This document shows, one piece after another, positions 60,995 through 64,000 of a stretch of DNA of 64,000 nucleotides. Below the pieces are notes generated by a model. That model was not told the origin of the DNA, did not search any database, and was given only the letters and a program-made list of their open reading frames with translations. Position 1 is the stretch's first letter. Every line of letters starts with the position of its first letter. The position numbers and the translations under genes were made by a program. The stretch comes from Mustelus asterias (taxonomy: Eukaryota), in contig NW_027590154.1 in NCBI RefSeq assembly GCF_964213995.1, forward strand, positions 1,054,001-1,118,000, given 5' to 3'.

Positions 60995-61297
60995 GGGTGC
61001 CATGGTGGCACAGTGGTTAGCTCTGTTGCCTCACAGTGCCAGGGCCACTGGTTTGGTTCCCGGCGTGGGTCAGTGTCTGTGCGGAGTCTGTACTTTCTCC
61101 CCGTTTATGCGTGGATTTCTTCTGGGTGGTCCAGTTTCCTGCACAAGTCCGAAAAGGCATGCTGGTAATGTGCGCTGGCCAGGCTAAATTCTCCCTCAGT
61201 GTACCCGAACAGACGCTACAGTGTGGCGACTCGGGGATTTTCACAGTGACTTCAAAGCAGTGTTAATGTAAGCCTGCTTGTGACATTAATAAATGAA
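60995..61297 (+). mobile_element. HE1-head SINE with alternative tail
   Basis: Full head, V-domain and tail; empty site at paralogous ~45710. Confidence 0.87.
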
Positions 61298-61779
61298 CTA
61301 CAAACCTCAAATCTTCCAGCAAGTAAGGAGAATGTCATAAATGTTCAGAAAGATAGTAATTATTTTCACGAATGACCGTCCATTCACAATTTAATAAATG
61401 CATTCACCAATTCTCATTCATTCACAAAGGTTAGTATATTTAAAATTACTTTATGGAAGGTGGGTGACTGTCTAAGCTATAATTTATTTCACATTGTTAA
61501 GTGCATTCGGTAAGCTGGTGGTTAGCCGCCTTCTTGAACCGCTGCACAACCTGCAGTGTAGGTACACCCACAGTGCTGTTAGGAAGGGTTCTCATGGATT
61601 CCGACCCAGCGACAGTAAAGGAGCGGTAATATATGTCCAAGTCAGGTTTATGAGCGTCTTGGAGGGGAATATCCAGGCGGGGTAGTTCAAATTCATCAAT
61701 TAACATCAATTAATACAGATAAACAATTATTTCACCAATTATATTCAGCATTTTAATAAATGCAAAACATGGCGGATTC

Positions 61780-62285
61780 TGGAAACTGAAACAAAAATAA
61801 GAAAATTCTGAAAATCTCAACAGGTCTGACAGCATCTTTGATGAGAGAATAGAGTCAAAGAATCAGGATGACCCTTTTTTATGTGGAGAAAATTGAAGAG
61901 GGCGATGGCATTGGGAAATGATGAGGATGGAAAGGGATTAGGAAGTTTCTTTAGGATATAGTTAGTGATTGAGACGTTGATTAGGTCAGTTAGCATGGAT
62001 AAGTTGATTATGATATTTGGGATCCGTATGTAAGTTCATGCAGCTTGTGTGTGGCTCGAAATAGTGCATATAATTAAACAGTGCCTATTTGAACTATTCA
62101 CATCTCACAAGAAAGTTATGCAGCTTGTCTGAGACCTTGTTGGATACAATGATAATCTCCCCAACGCATCAGGAACACTCTGCCGAAGCGTCATCCAGAC
62201 TCGAAATGTTGGGTCCACTCTGTCTCCACAGATGCTGTCAGATCTGCTGAGATTTTCCAGCATTTTCTGTTTGTTTTCAGTATTT
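61780..62285. mobile_element. Old Penelope-type element with inverted pLTR arms
   Basis: 61780-61878 is a diverged reverse complement of 62180-62285; degenerate hammerhead ctgccgaagcgtcatccagactcgaaatgt. Confidence 0.65.
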
Positions 62286-64000
62286 CATTCTATACAACTT
62301 TGCTTTGAATAATTTATTGATATTAACATTTCTTGACATTGTATTGACCTTTTCGTCGCCAAGGATAAAAATCTGTCCCAGAATGCAGTGGGAAATTGAA
62401 TGAATTCAGACTGAGGATCATGAGTCGCTACCCAGCAGTCTCTGCGCTTTAAACTCCTGATACATAACTGGTGTGATGATTTGCAAAGTGATTATATAAA
62501 TTAAACTATCTTGCACCTTATATTATTTTACTGAATTTTTAAATCCCGATTCATTATTACACTGTTTTGGGAAATATTGTAACACTTGTAGTTGTCCAGT
62601 GAGTTTCACAATATATCTGTTGCCACATTATTTATTTTACAGCTTGTTACCTTCACTAATTTGGGTGAGGGCATGGTGAGTAATTTGCTGCACATGTTTC
62701 AAATATTACAATCCTCCCTCCTCAGCCAAATCATGTTCCCTCTTTCGATCTTGGATATGAATATTCAGCATCAGCAGAGAAATGAACCATCCGTGCCGCA
62801 GGAAAATGCCCTCTTCTTTTCGTGAGGATCAGTTTGCTAACTCCCTCGAAAATCGGGTTTGATTTCACCCAGACCCTCTGGAAGTATTGAAGTTATTAGG
62901 CTGACAGAAATGGAAACAAGGAACTGTTTCAATTTATGAACCAGTCAAGTACAAATATGGGAATGTGGAACAGCATCTTTCAGTACCATTTAACAATGCA
63001 TCCATCAATCCGTTCACTGATTCCTCAATCAAAATATTCAGGCATCCAACTGATATTCATATAATTCATTCAACGGTCATTCATTCCTGCATCAACACAG
63101 TCATTCATTTATTGTTTGCGCAGATGGTGACGTAATATTAATTGAAGTGGCCCAGTGATCCAGAGACCCAGGACAATGATGTGGGGACAGGGATTTAAAT
63201 CGGAGCATTGCAGCTGGTGGAATTTGAATTCAATTAATAAATATGGAACAGATGCTAATGGCGACCATCGGACCCTCTCTGATTCCCCAATGAGTGAAAT
63301 CTGCCATCGCTACCTGGTCTCACACGGATGTGACTCCAGATGGACAGCAAAATAGCTGACTCCTTCATATGTTCAGAAGTGGCCTAGAAAACCAGTCAGT
63401 TCAAGGGAATTTGGGAAAGACAAAAAGTGCCGGTCTTTGCAACCAAACATCCCATGGAAAGATAAAGGGAAAGAAAATACAAACATACATGTTCATGTAT
63501 CGTCTCTCTGAGACATTTCTCAGTTTGCCTGTAATTCTTTCTATCCATCTATCACAATATCCTGATGTGTTGGAAAAATCATCATTGTTGCTAACAGGGT
63601 GCCAGAGAAGCTGCATGACTTTCCTTTCATTAGAGATGGGCAAAATTCATCCAGATTTACAACTTTAAAAAAGTAAAGTGCCTGCAGTACTGTTGCTGGG
63701 TAGATTTATTTATAAACAGGCCTGATTGACAATGTGAAGGGTTTTAAGTTGGCTTGCAGCCAAGCGGTCAGTACTGAGGAAACAGATCATTGTTCTGCTG
63801 CACAAACACCCCCAGATGCTTCCTGTCAATAACTTTGAGCATTTGACAGCAGCCTGGATTGCTGCCAAATACTGTGTGGGACAGATTAGCGTGAACCTGA
63901 ATGGACAAAATGGGATTCAGCCATTTAAACAATAAATGTTTCATTCCCACAAGAAAGACACATTTTAAATCGTAATCATTCTAATCAAATATTTTCATTT

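Larger units (their letters stand above)
53855..64000 (+). repeat. Segmental duplication, copy B (runs off the window)
   Basis: See copy A; same order and orientation, different young insertions. Confidence 0.9.

Overview
Vertebrate genomic DNA, most likely from a cartilaginous fish (shark), judging by the HE1-type V-SINEs, HER1/CR1 LINEs and Penelope-like elements. No intact host protein-coding gene is evident; the long ORFs are CR1 reverse-transcriptase fragments or repeat artefacts. Left 17.5 kb: a tRNA cluster interleaved with T-cell-receptor alpha/delta-type V relics. It holds an intact tRNA-Arg(ACG), an intron-containing tRNA-Pro(AGG), decayed Leu/Arg(CCT)/Pro(TGG) copies and a tandem array of ~1.1-1.25 kb units carrying tRNA-Val pseudogenes. 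One V pseudogene retains a good 23-RSS. Middle: densely nested CR1, SINE and Penelope insertions. Right half: an old tandem segmental duplication (~36.5-51.3 kb vs ~53.9-64 kb) with conserved non-coding blocks, possible fossil Ig-domain exons and a recently amplified 60-bp palindromic minisatellite. Most notable: hammerhead-ribozyme motifs in the Penelope-like elements, including a ~65-bp insertion that starts exactly at the predicted cleavage site, and the tRNA-Pro intron. Repeat boundaries were set by eye and are approximate; family names come from motif recognition, not database searches.
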